Position numbers and translations under genes: made by a program | The notes under the pieces: model-generated | Database searches by the model: none | What the model was told of the DNA's origin: nothing | Seen by the model: only the letters and a program-made list of their open reading frames with translations | Part shown: positions 1 through 8,508 of the stretch, piece after piece | Position numbering within the stretch: position 1 is the first letter of the stretch | How the letters are laid out: every line of letters starts with the position of its first letter | Assembly: GCA_049644605.1 (NCBI GenBank) | Contig: JBARSF010000007.1 | Coordinates: 5,164 to 69,163, forward strand | Direction of reading: 5' to 3' | Source: Anaerolineales bacterium | GTDB lineage: Bacteria; Chloroflexota; Anaerolineae; Anaerolineales; UBA11858 | DNA length: 64,000 bases

Positions 1-417
1 GCCTATCAGATCGGCGGTGGGAATTATGATGCTCCCTGTCAATTGGTTGGAAATTTTTTATCTGGAAAACCATCCACAGCACTGGGAACTGTGACGCCGT
101 CCTATCAGCCTGGGATAAAACTAACGGACCTAAGGGAATGTTTACCTGGCTATGTGATGGGGGCAATTCTGGAAGCGCTGCCAGAATTTGAAAAGAGGAT
201 CCAGGGTTTTATTTGTGATGATGCCGTATTGACCGGTGTGGAAACCCGTACATCTTCTCCAGTGCGGATAATTAGAGGAAAAGACTATCAGAGCATATCT
301 GTTCGAGGGTTATATCCAATTGGCGAAGGCTCTGGATATGCTGGGGGTATCCTTTCCTCAGCAATGGATGGCATAAAAGCAGCTGAAGCGTTTATTGATA
401 GGGTTCAGGGGGAATGA
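1..417 (+). CDS. FAD-dependent dehydrogenase family protein (COG2509-like), C-terminal part; 5' end lies outside the window
   Basis: Frame is open from nt 1 (AYQIGGGNYDAPCQLVG...) to TGA at 415-417. The tail LTGVETRTSSPVRI...GLYPIGEGSGYAGGILSSAMDGIKAAE matches, from memory, the conserved C-terminus of this FAD-binding family. Confidence 0.6.
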   Translation, partial: AYQIGGGNYDAPCQLVGNFLSGKPSTALGTVTPSYQPGIKLTDLRECLPGYVMGAILEALPEFEKRIQGFICDDAVLTGVETRTSSPVRIIRGKDYQSISVRGLYPIGEGSGYAGGILSSAMDGIKAAEAFIDRVQGE

Positions 418-610
418 TGGGATTACGGTATAAAATATTTCATTTTTCAAGCGAAAGCAAGCATGAATATTACCCCTGGTTGACGCTGGTAACCTGTAAA
501 GGATATAAAGAAAGGATCGAAAGATATTCCTACCGTGTAATTGTTCGAGCAATTTTGGTTGAAGCAAAATGAGGGAAGATCCTCTAGAACGGAGTTGAAT
601 ACTCAACAAT

Positions 611-640
611 AAAACTAAGACAAAAGCTTAGTTTTTATGT
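611..640. terminator. AT-rich hairpin between convergent genes, possible bidirectional terminator
   Basis: AAACTAAG (612-619) / loop ACAAAAG / CTTAGTTT (627-634), followed by a T-run on the + strand and an A-run on the other side. Confidence 0.4.
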
Positions 641-660
641 TTTTAATACTTATTGGATAG

Positions 661-1353
661 TTATTCAAGTTCTTTCTTTAGATCTTCACAACCCTTTGCC
701 TGTACTTTCCCTGATAACGATGATAATTGATATATTGCAGTCCAACTCGAGTTTCCGAGATTTTCAGTTCGTGTGTAGCCTTCGTCAAGCTCAGAAAAAC
801 TCACAATGATTGGATCCAGGTGGTGTTCTCCAACACCGGTATACCATTGAACTGTAAATCCGGGATCACTAACGCAGGAAGAAGTACAGGTCGCCGGTAT
901 ACCCACATGGGCGATATTTAAATTTAGAAGACAATCTTCGCTTATGAAACCATTTATTATATACCCAACAGTCCCTGAGCAATCCAGGATGCATCCTCCG
1001 TCATCTACCACAGTGACAGTTTGCTGCCCTTCAGAGGTATGACCGTAAAGCACATCTTCAAATCCTATCACCTCAATTAAGACCAGGTCCTCTTGAGTAT
1101 AATCTACGCCTTTTTCTGATACTTTGTTCACCCGGTAGATGTGCAATTCCAGCATGAAATCGGCCCCTTCTTTATCCTCTGGTATGTCCGCCTCAATCTT
1201 AACTTCAGGGAGCACAAAAGTATCAGAGTCGGGGATCTGGTCTGAGTTCTGCTGGATGGCTTGGCTCCCTCCTGGAAATTGGCAGCTGGAGGTGAAAATA
1301 AGGACCAAAAGGATTGATAAATAAGGACCGGATTTACTGAGTAACGTTATCAC
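661..1353 (-). CDS. hypothetical Cys-rich secreted lipoprotein
   Basis: 230-aa ORF. N-terminal signal peptide ends in a lipobox-like LIFTSSC. The mature part has several Cys and no recognised domain. Confidence 0.6.
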   Translation of the reverse strand: MITLLSKSGPYLSILLVLIFTSSCQFPGGSQAIQQNSDQIPDSDTFVLPEVKIEADIPEDKEGADFMLELHIYRVNKVSEKGVDYTQEDLVLIEVIGFEDVLYGHTSEGQQTVTVVDDGGCILDCSGTVGYIINGFISEDCLLNLNIAHVGIPATCTSSCVSDPGFTVQWYTGVGEHHLDPIIVSFSELDEGYTRTENLGNSSWTAIYQLSSLSGKVQAKGCEDLKKELE

Positions 1354-2325
1354 GAGATTACCCTCCTTAGGATTTTTCAGGAAGATAATGCGGTGACGAA
1401 ATCATTAATGGTTATAGTCTTGAGGGTTTTTGGGTAGCAGACGGTGAAGGTCTCTGGATATTGATCATACCATGACCGGGTTAAGCAACTAAAATCAGTT
1501 TTTTCGAAATAGGAGTAATAAAACAGTAAAATATATTTCTATTTTTATGAATTTTGCGGAAAATAATCGTTTATTTTGATTATTTTCCCCCTTAAGAAAT
1601 GTTCATCCTGATATTAAATTTGTTTTATATTTTGAAATGTGGAAAATACTCAATCTAAGGAAATGGGAGTCCAATCATAGCAAAGGATGTTTTTCAATAT
1701 AAGATTTAAAAGAGGTTAATATCCTGATAAGGGTTTTGCTGTCTTCTTTTCCCAGATAATTGGTAATGTCTGAAATTTTAGTTTGAGCTTCCTCCAACAG
1801 GGACTCAGCCAAGCGTTTCCCTTTGACGGATAAACTGATCAAGACGAGATTTTAGCACTTCAGGCGTGATCTGTTCCGAACGCCACCCTCGTGAATTCTA
1901 GGGAAAACAGGGCTCAATCGTTGTACATTCAACAAAATCATAATTTGAGCTCTGTGAACGGTAAAGAAGTGCTGGCACCACTTTGTTCAGAATTCAAACC
2001 TATATAAATTTAATCTCAACATCAGCGCGATTCAATTAAATTAACGATGAGATAGCTGTTTAGGTTACATTTGAAAGGATGCTGTGTGCTGGAGCTAGCT
2101 GACGCCTCGGTCGTCGCTCACTTTGCATAGGCTGCCGATCATCAGACAATTGTGATTTTAATCAAGGTGATAATCAGGGAATCAAGCCAACCGAAAGCTT
2201 ACCAGGGCACAAGGCTTTTCCAGTAAAAAAATTAGATCCTGATTTTTCATTCTAGAAAATAACTCCTTTCCTGAAGCCGTGTTTTCGATAATATAATTTA
2301 TATGTGAAAATTTTAAGGAGCGAGT

Positions 2326-3066
2326 ATGAGCATAAAAAGAATTATAAAAATTTCGTTAATTGGTTTTGCTGCATTAATCATTGTTGGTGTCTTGGGGATG
2401 CTAGTTTGGGCAAAATCAGGAACACACGAAGCACGAATGGTTGCATTGTCAGCGCTCGAATCAACTGATAGGGTAACAATAACACAAGATAAATTGATTG
2501 TTTTTGAACCCGTTGAGGAGACGGAAACCGGATTGATTTTTTACCCAGGTGGCTTGGTAGAGCCAGCCGCTTACTCGCCTATTTTGCATCAAGTCGCAGA
2601 AGAAGGTGTGCTGGTAATTATCACCCCCATGCCATTAAACTTGGCTATTTTAAACACAGGTGCTGCCAATGCCGTGATTGAGGCTTATCCTCATATTTCA
2701 ACCTGGGTCCTTGCTGGGCATTCGTTAGGTGGCGCATCAGCAGCTATATATGCGGAGAACAACCCGACAAGAATAGATGCCATCGCATTGTGGGATTCTT
2801 ATCCAGCCAATAATGCCGACTTATCCGATAACAGCATTTCAGTAATTTCTATTTTTGGCACCACGAATAATTTTCCAAATACCGAAAACTTTAATGACAA
2901 TAAGTACCTGTTACCCGAAGGCACAATATTTATCGGAATAGAAGGTGCAAATCATGCTCAATTTGGTGATTATGGCCCCCAAAAGGGTGATGTGATTGCA
3001 TCAATGAGCTTAGCCGAACAACATGAACTGGTGGCCAAAATTATGCTGGATTTCATCAACCCATAA
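2326..3066 (+). CDS. membrane-anchored alpha/beta hydrolase
   Basis: RBS AAGGAG lies upstream of the ATG. N-terminal TM helix (IIKISLIGFAALIIVGVLGMLVW) and nucleophile elbow GHSLGG. Confidence 0.75.
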   Translation: MSIKRIIKISLIGFAALIIVGVLGMLVWAKSGTHEARMVALSALESTDRVTITQDKLIVFEPVEETETGLIFYPGGLVEPAAYSPILHQVAEEGVLVIITPMPLNLAILNTGAANAVIEAYPHISTWVLAGHSLGGASAAIYAENNPTRIDAIALWDSYPANNADLSDNSISVISIFGTTNNFPNTENFNDNKYLLPEGTIFIGIEGANHAQFGDYGPQKGDVIASMSLAEQHELVAKIMLDFINP

Positions 3067-3135
3067 TCAATAATAAAAAAGCCACTTCTGCCCAATACCA
3101 TTCTATTATTTTTAGAATCAAAACCAAGATATAAT

Positions 3136-3169
3136 AAAAAATCGCCCAAGGTCAACTTGGGCGGTTTTA
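3136..3169. terminator. bidirectional rho-independent terminator (downstream of tRNA-Arg on - and of the hydrolase on +)
   Basis: Stem CGCCCAAG (3143-3150) / loop GTCAA / CTTGGGCG (3156-3163). Flanked by an A-run (a T-run on the - strand) and GTTTTA. Confidence 0.6.
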
Positions 3170-3170
3170 G

Positions 3171-3242
3171 TACCCCCACTGCGACTCGAACGCAGGTCTT
3201 CGCCTCCGGAGGGCGACACTCTATCCACTGAGCTATGGGGGC
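3171..3242 (-). tRNA. tRNA-Arg (anticodon CCG)
   Basis: Hand-folded 72-nt cloverleaf: acceptor GCCCCCA/TGGGGGT (G1-U72 wobble), D arm GCTC-AGTGGATA-GAGT, anticodon arm TCGCC-CTCCGGA-GGCGA, variable AGAC, T arm CTGCG-TTCGAGT-CGCAG, discriminator A. No encoded CCA. Confidence 0.9.
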
Positions 3243-3285
3243 TCGAGCATTATTCTATCAGAACAAGAGGCCAGGGACAAGATTG

Positions 3286-4191
3286 TTAAAGCAAGGAGTA
3301 TGGCGTTTCCCGATAGTGAGAGGAGTTCTGAACCAGGGTCTGGATGTAATTCACTTTTTCTGCGCCAAAATTGCCAACTAAATCCTCAACGGGAATTTGG
3401 TTCTCCAATCCCCACAGGATCAAATCCGCATCCTGGAATGATCCCAATAATTCACCCTTATCATCTAAACCTGGAAGGACGTCAGGGTCTGCTTTTTTAA
3501 TGCGGATTTCCTCTGGCAAGCCCAGGTGTTCTGCCAGGAGGATTAATTGGCTGCGGTAAAGATGAAGGATGGGCATCACGTCTGCGCAGTGATCGCAGCC
3601 CCATTGGGTAAAGGTGCCGGTCATCCATTCTGTTTTGTTAGCGGCACCAATCACCAATCCCCGGGACTGTTCCGCTTCTTTATACAACAGGACCATCCGC
3701 ACTCGGTGTTTGGCGCAGATATAGGCATTGCCCCGGGCAACCCAGGGACCTCCGCTGGATCCCAGCCTTGTGGAAAGGAATTCGCCATTTGTTTGACTTA
3801 AGAACTCCCGTTTTCCAAATTCAATGGCTATTGTTTTTAGTTTTCTGCCGGGGATAAAACGGAGCGGCAGCAACCGATAGACTCCCAGTTTCCTCAGAGT
3901 AGGGGAGATTTTTACCATATTAAGATTAATACCCAAATGACTTGACAGGATTAGGGCATGTTTACGATGAATTGGCTTGCTGTCTATTTCAGGTAAATAA
4001 TATGCTTTAACGCGACCTTTCCCCAGGCTGTGGACAGCCAGAGACGCCGTTAGAGACGAATCCAGGCCACCACTCAGTCCCAATACGGCTATTTTCCGGT
4101 TCAATCGTTGAAAATTGCCCTTAATGAATTCAGAAATTTCATTTATTGACTGTTGAGGATCAAAATCCAGAGCTGATTGGGTCCAATCCAT
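3286..4191 (-). CDS. nadE: NAD+ synthase (PP-loop ATP pyrophosphatase)
   Basis: PP-loop motif LSGGLDSS, then ANKTEWMTGTFTQWG and LGLPEEIRIKKADPDV, typical of NadE-family enzymes. Confidence 0.8.
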   Translation of the reverse strand: MDWTQSALDFDPQQSINEISEFIKGNFQRLNRKIAVLGLSGGLDSSLTASLAVHSLGKGRVKAYYLPEIDSKPIHRKHALILSSHLGINLNMVKISPTLRKLGVYRLLPLRFIPGRKLKTIAIEFGKREFLSQTNGEFLSTRLGSSGGPWVARGNAYICAKHRVRMVLLYKEAEQSRGLVIGAANKTEWMTGTFTQWGCDHCADVMPILHLYRSQLILLAEHLGLPEEIRIKKADPDVLPGLDDKGELLGSFQDADLILWGLENQIPVEDLVGNFGAEKVNYIQTLVQNSSHYRETPYSLL

Positions 4192-4228
4192 TTTGTTCCT
4201 TTTTGAGTATAGAAAAGATAAAATCTGA

Positions 4229-5212
4229 TTAAATTGTTTCGGCTAATTGTGTAAGTTCTGCCCTTAAGCGGGAAATTTCCGAAGCCGTTCCGCTCTCGTC
4301 ACCATGCCTGCTGAGTTGGCGTTTTTTGTGCATCAGGTCACCGCAAACCTGGTAAAAACGCCGGATAGGATGATAATTCCCAGCCATCCTGGCCTGGAAG
4401 AATACTATGCTTTGACGCCAGGCGGAGCAGGCAATTTGGTACTGGACAGAAGAGAGCAATTCCTGATCAAATTCTGGGGTTAAATATTCTTTCATCCAGT
4501 GTTGTTCCCGGCGAATAAGCAGGATAATTAATACGAATAACCCTATATACCCGATCCAATCCCAAATAGCAGCCAAGGTCAGACCGGGTTGATTGTTTAA
4601 AAGCGAGGCTAATAGATTATGAAAAAAATGAAAGCTTACTGCTAATAACCAACCAAAAATTGGGGCGATCAATTTCCAGGCCGCTTGGGTAGACCGCCTG
4701 GAAACTGCAAATCCCAGGCCGATAAACGCTGTATAAAAGGGATGCTGCCAGCCAACCATTAATACCCGGATCAGGGTTAGATCTAATAAGCCTTGCCAAT
4801 TATTCTCCAGGAAGCCCAGCTGATGGATATACCAGATGTTTTCTGTGGCTGCAAAACCCAGGGCAGTAACGGCACCATAGACAACGCCGTCTAAGAGGGA
4901 ATCAAATTCGAACCGAAAGATCAAAAATACAACTAACACAGCCAGTCCTTTTAACGTTTCTTCGACTGCGGGCGCAACCAGGGTTGACAAGGTCAGCTGG
5001 GTTGCAAATTCAGATTGGGTGATCAGATAAAGCCCCATGCTGGATAGTGTGTTAATCATGAAAGCAGCACCTGCGGCAATAACAGCGCCCCATAGAAAAA
5101 CCCCCACCAGCAGATGTAAAGGTTCTTTTTCATACCTGTCTAAAAAGTACAATAACCAGGCATAAAGGAACATGGGGACGATACCGGCTATGACGGAAAC
5201 CAGGAGACCCAT
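4229..5212 (-). CDS. PrsW-family intramembrane metalloprotease
   Basis: Polytopic membrane protein with PrsW signature motifs EETLKG, TENIWY and HFFHN. Confidence 0.8.
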   Translation of the reverse strand: MGLLVSVIAGIVPMFLYAWLLYFLDRYEKEPLHLLVGVFLWGAVIAAGAAFMINTLSSMGLYLITQSEFATQLTLSTLVAPAVEETLKGLAVLVVFLIFRFEFDSLLDGVVYGAVTALGFAATENIWYIHQLGFLENNWQGLLDLTLIRVLMVGWQHPFYTAFIGLGFAVSRRSTQAAWKLIAPIFGWLLAVSFHFFHNLLASLLNNQPGLTLAAIWDWIGYIGLFVLIILLIRREQHWMKEYLTPEFDQELLSSVQYQIACSAWRQSIVFFQARMAGNYHPIRRFYQVCGDLMHKKRQLSRHGDESGTASEISRLRAELTQLAETI

Positions 5213-5865
5213 CAGGTTTGATCTCCTTCAGATTCCAGGATAATGGATGTCCGGCAGATTCGAGCTTGATCACGAGGAATCCCCAAAGCTGCTACGATTT
5301 CATCCGGACGACCGGTGGCTCCTGGAAGGATTACCAGCGTTGTGAGCAGCTCATCGGGCCCAGTATTGTTGCCAGCTGTACAGGTCAGGCTTTTCACCAA
5401 GGGACGGAGGTCGTAAGTTTTTCCTTTGCGTTCCCTTTTAAGAGTTGCGGTGTTGAGCAGATCTTTCACCTTTTTGCCCAAGTTGGGAAACCGGGAGTTG
5501 AGAGTGATGGAATAAGATGCGGCTAAAACAAGGGAGGGAAGCTTAAAACCAAATATGTCTTTGATCTCCAGGATGGTATTGATTTGTAATCCCGGGGGAA
5601 GAGCTTTTTGAAGAGCAGCTTGGATTTCTGCCACAGGTATAATTTCAGATAACCAGAAATCGCCAATTTCACCTGTGCTGATCAAGCCCAGCGGCAGTGG
5701 TGCAGCCAGGGTCAGAACCGGCCGGGGTGAAAAACCCTCACTGTAAGATAGAGGCAGGCCAGCACGCCGAAAGGTTCGCTCCCAGGTCAGAATCAAATCA
5801 AGGTGACCGGTGAACCGCATCGCGTCAGTTTTTGAAAAGTAGATTCGAATTCGCTGTTTTTTCAT
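5212..5865 (-). CDS. TIGR03936-type radical-SAM-associated protein (DUF2344)
   Basis: N-terminus KTDAMRFTGHLDLILTWERTFRRAGLPLSYSEGFSPRP is family-typical. Sits directly downstream of the radical SAM partner. Its stop codon (5212-5214) overlaps the prsW start codon (5210-5212) by 1 nt. Confidence 0.8.
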   Translation of the reverse strand: MKKQRIRIYFSKTDAMRFTGHLDLILTWERTFRRAGLPLSYSEGFSPRPVLTLAAPLPLGLISTGEIGDFWLSEIIPVAEIQAALQKALPPGLQINTILEIKDIFGFKLPSLVLAASYSITLNSRFPNLGKKVKDLLNTATLKRERKGKTYDLRPLVKSLTCTAGNNTGPDELLTTLVILPGATGRPDEIVAALGIPRDQARICRTSIILESEGDQT

Positions 5866-5901
5866 TCCTTGTTTCCGGTGAAGAAGCCCCTTTTTAACAG
5901 A

Positions 5902-7782
5902 TCACTTTTTCACTTCAGGGCATAACCAGAGAGGTCCAGGATTTTGATGACGGAGATCGTTATAGGCGGGAAGAATACCACAGGCGTAACAATCACCACG
6001 GCAATCGGGGCGGATTTTACCTTCTTGGCTCAAATCATAATCTTGAATTAGAACGGACTTTTTTACTCCGGAATGAATATGATCCCAGGGAAAAGATTCG
6101 TCAGTTTCGCGTTCCCGGGTCGTGTAAAAATCGGGATCAAGGCCAACCGCAAGGAAAGCGTCCTGCCAGCGTTGGTAATTAAAGTGTTCATTCCAGGCAT
6201 CAAACTTTGCACCCATTTTCCAGGCTTGGTGGATTACATCGGCCATTCGGCGGTCTCCCCTGGATAACCAGGCTTCAAAATGAGTCTCCTGGGGATCATT
6301 CCAATTTAATTTTAGACCTCTACCGCGAATTTCTTTTTGAAGCAGGGTTAGTTTAGCAGAAATATTCTCTTCGGTGTCGACGCCAACCCATTGAAAGGGG
6401 GTGTGGGGTTTTGGAACAAAAGTACTCACGCTGACATGGACTTGAGCCTTATTGCCGATGATCATTTTCCCCTCGCTAAGTACTTTTCGGGACAGATCGG
6501 CGATTGCCTGGACATCTTCCAGGGTTTCTGTTGGGTGGCCAATCATAAAATATAGTTTGATAGTATGCCAACCGTGCTGGTAGATTTCCCGGGAAGTGTC
6601 CAGTAATTGTTGGTCGGAGATGGGTTTATTAATGATCTTTCTCAAACGTTCTGAAGCTGCTTCCGGGGCAAGTGTAAAACCACCCCGGCGTTTGCCGGCT
6701 AGGGCATCCATGAGTTCCACGGAGACGCTTTCAATGCGAAGAGAGGGCAGGGATACTGAAATATTTTTATCAGTGTATTGGGTATTGATAGATTGAATCA
6801 GGTTTATTATATTCGTATAGTCAGAGGAAGATAAAGATAATAAACCGATTTCTGAGTAGCCTGTATTGGGGATCAGCTCTTCCATGGCTTGAAGGATATC
6901 TTCTGTTGACCTCTCCCTAACCGGCCGGGTCACAATCCCGGCCTGGCAGAAGCGGCAGCCCCGAGTGCAGCCGCGCATAATCTCCAGGGGCGCCCTGTTA
7001 TGAACTGTGTCGATGTAAGGAACAATAAATTTGGTAGGCGGAGGCGGCAATTTTCCAACGATTCTTTTCCTAATAACATCCGGGATACCTGGATAAAGCT
7101 TCTCAAGATGAGAAAAGGTTCCCTGGGGGTTGTAATAGGCCTGGTAAAAAGAAGGAATATAGACCCCATCGATAAGGCATAATTCCTGCAGAACTTGCTG
7201 TTTGGGCAATCCTTGGAGTTTGCTTGTCTGAAAACTTTCCAAAATTTCCAGAATCACTTCTTCCCCTTCACCAACAACAAAGGCGTCAGTGAATGGGGAA
7301 ACTGGTTCAGGATTAAATGCAGCATGGCCGCCAGCAATCACCAGGGGATGTTCAATTGAGCGGTCTGCTGAAAAAAGAGGCAGTTGCGCGAGGTCAAGGG
7401 CATTTAAAAAATTGGTGTATAGGCTTTCATAAGGCAGCGAAACGGCCAGGATGTCAAACTCTCTAAGAGGATGTTTTGTTTCCAGGGAATATAGCGGGAC
7501 TCCTTCTGCTCGCAAGGCTTTTTCCATGTCAGTCCAGGGCAGGAAAACTCTCTCGGCCGCAAATCGGGGGTGCTGGTTGATCAAATCATACAGGATCATC
7601 AATCCTAAATTGGACATTCCCAGATCGTAAATTTCAGGAAATAATAGTGCAATTCGAACATCCACAGAATGCCAATCTTTAACAACCTGATTTAACTCTC
7701 CTCCGGTATAGCGACCTGGAGACTGGACTTGGAGCAGGATTTTTTCTAAATTTCCGAGAAATTGATCTTTTTCCATAGGCAA
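5902..7782 (-). CDS. TIGR03960-type B12-binding-domain radical SAM protein
   Basis: CxxxCxxC cluster motif CTRGCRFCQAG, an N-terminal B12-binding-like region, 626 aa. Confidence 0.85.
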   Translation of the reverse strand: MPMEKDQFLGNLEKILLQVQSPGRYTGGELNQVVKDWHSVDVRIALLFPEIYDLGMSNLGLMILYDLINQHPRFAAERVFLPWTDMEKALRAEGVPLYSLETKHPLREFDILAVSLPYESLYTNFLNALDLAQLPLFSADRSIEHPLVIAGGHAAFNPEPVSPFTDAFVVGEGEEVILEILESFQTSKLQGLPKQQVLQELCLIDGVYIPSFYQAYYNPQGTFSHLEKLYPGIPDVIRKRIVGKLPPPPTKFIVPYIDTVHNRAPLEIMRGCTRGCRFCQAGIVTRPVRERSTEDILQAMEELIPNTGYSEIGLLSLSSSDYTNIINLIQSINTQYTDKNISVSLPSLRIESVSVELMDALAGKRRGGFTLAPEAASERLRKIINKPISDQQLLDTSREIYQHGWHTIKLYFMIGHPTETLEDVQAIADLSRKVLSEGKMIIGNKAQVHVSVSTFVPKPHTPFQWVGVDTEENISAKLTLLQKEIRGRGLKLNWNDPQETHFEAWLSRGDRRMADVIHQAWKMGAKFDAWNEHFNYQRWQDAFLAVGLDPDFYTTRERETDESFPWDHIHSGVKKSVLIQDYDLSQEGKIRPDCRGDCYACGILPAYNDLRHQNPGPLWLCPEVKK

Positions 7783-7831
7783 AAAATAGACAAAATAAAT
7801 GGATTGCTCGGCGATTATACCAAAGCTGGAT

Positions 7832-7867
7832 TTAAAAAAAGAAAGTTCCAGGGAAACCGCCTGGAAC
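7832..7867 (-). terminator. rho-independent terminator after ndk
   Basis: Perfect 8-bp stem GTTCCAGG (7845-7852) / CCTGGAAC (7860-7867). An A7 run on + gives a T-run on the - strand. Confidence 0.6.
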
Positions 7868-7890
7868 TCTTGAAACTTAAAATCAAGGGA

Positions 7891-8340
7891 TTATTCCAGG
7901 ATCCAGGGATCTAGAGCTCGGTCCCAATCCAGGAGTTCCCGATCAGAGAACCAGAGAGCTACTTCTTTCTCTCCATTTTCTGGCGTATCAGAAGCGTGAG
8001 TAAGGTTGCGTCCAATCTCCAATCCAAAATCATGGCGAATAGATCCAGGAGCAGCATCAGTGGGCCTGGTTGAACCCATAGTTTGACGGACTGCTGCTAC
8101 AGCGTTTGGTCCATCCCAGGCCATCGCCATCACCGGAGCAGAGGTGATGTAATCGAGCAAAGTTCCATAAAATGGTTTATCTCTGTGAATCCCATAGTGT
8201 TCCTCAGCGAGTTCACGGCTTACTTGTATAAATTTCCCAGCAATTAATCGGAGTCCCCGGTTTTCAAGCCGTTTAATTACTTCGCCAATTAACCCCCGCT
8301 GAACGGCATCCGGTTTTACCAATACCAATGTCTTTTCCAC
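7891..8340 (-). CDS. ndk: nucleoside diphosphate kinase
   Basis: TLVLVKPDAVQRGLIGEVI at the N-terminus and active-site NLTHASD. 149 aa. Confidence 0.95.
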   Translation of the reverse strand: MEKTLVLVKPDAVQRGLIGEVIKRLENRGLRLIAGKFIQVSRELAEEHYGIHRDKPFYGTLLDYITSAPVMAMAWDGPNAVAAVRQTMGSTRPTDAAPGSIRHDFGLEIGRNLTHASDTPENGEKEVALWFSDRELLDWDRALDPWILE

Positions 8341-8445
8341 AAATACCCTCCATAATTTTTTGTTTATTCTCTCTCGGGATAAGTATACATGTTTCCGCTT
8401 GAGATGGGAATACTAAAGTAAAGTTTTCTTATAATTTCAGTGGGT

Positions 8446-8484
8446 TAAAAAACCGAAGGGACTGTAGATTATTCCAGTCCCTTC
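8446..8484 (-). terminator. rho-independent terminator after the acidic repeat protein
   Basis: Perfect 10-bp inverted repeat GAAGGGACTG (8455-8464) / CAGTCCCTTC (8475-8484). Followed on the - strand by GGTTTTTT. Confidence 0.7.
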
Positions 8485-8508
8485 CAGTAATTCTGAGTGA
8501 GGGAAGAA

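Noticed and set aside
3100-3300. tRNA-Arg as an integration hotspot for a genomic island covering the AT-rich region 418-2325
   Set aside because: There is no integrase or recombinase gene. I found no direct repeat of the tRNA 3' end (TTCGAGTCGCAGTGGGGGTA or its complement) anywhere upstream. The intervening hydrolase looks like an ordinary gene.
5212-7782. The radical SAM (TIGR03960-type) plus DUF2344 (TIGR03936-type) pair as a novel system
   Set aside because: This is a widely conserved, already catalogued gene pair, even though its function is unknown. Nothing about its sequence or context here looks unusual.
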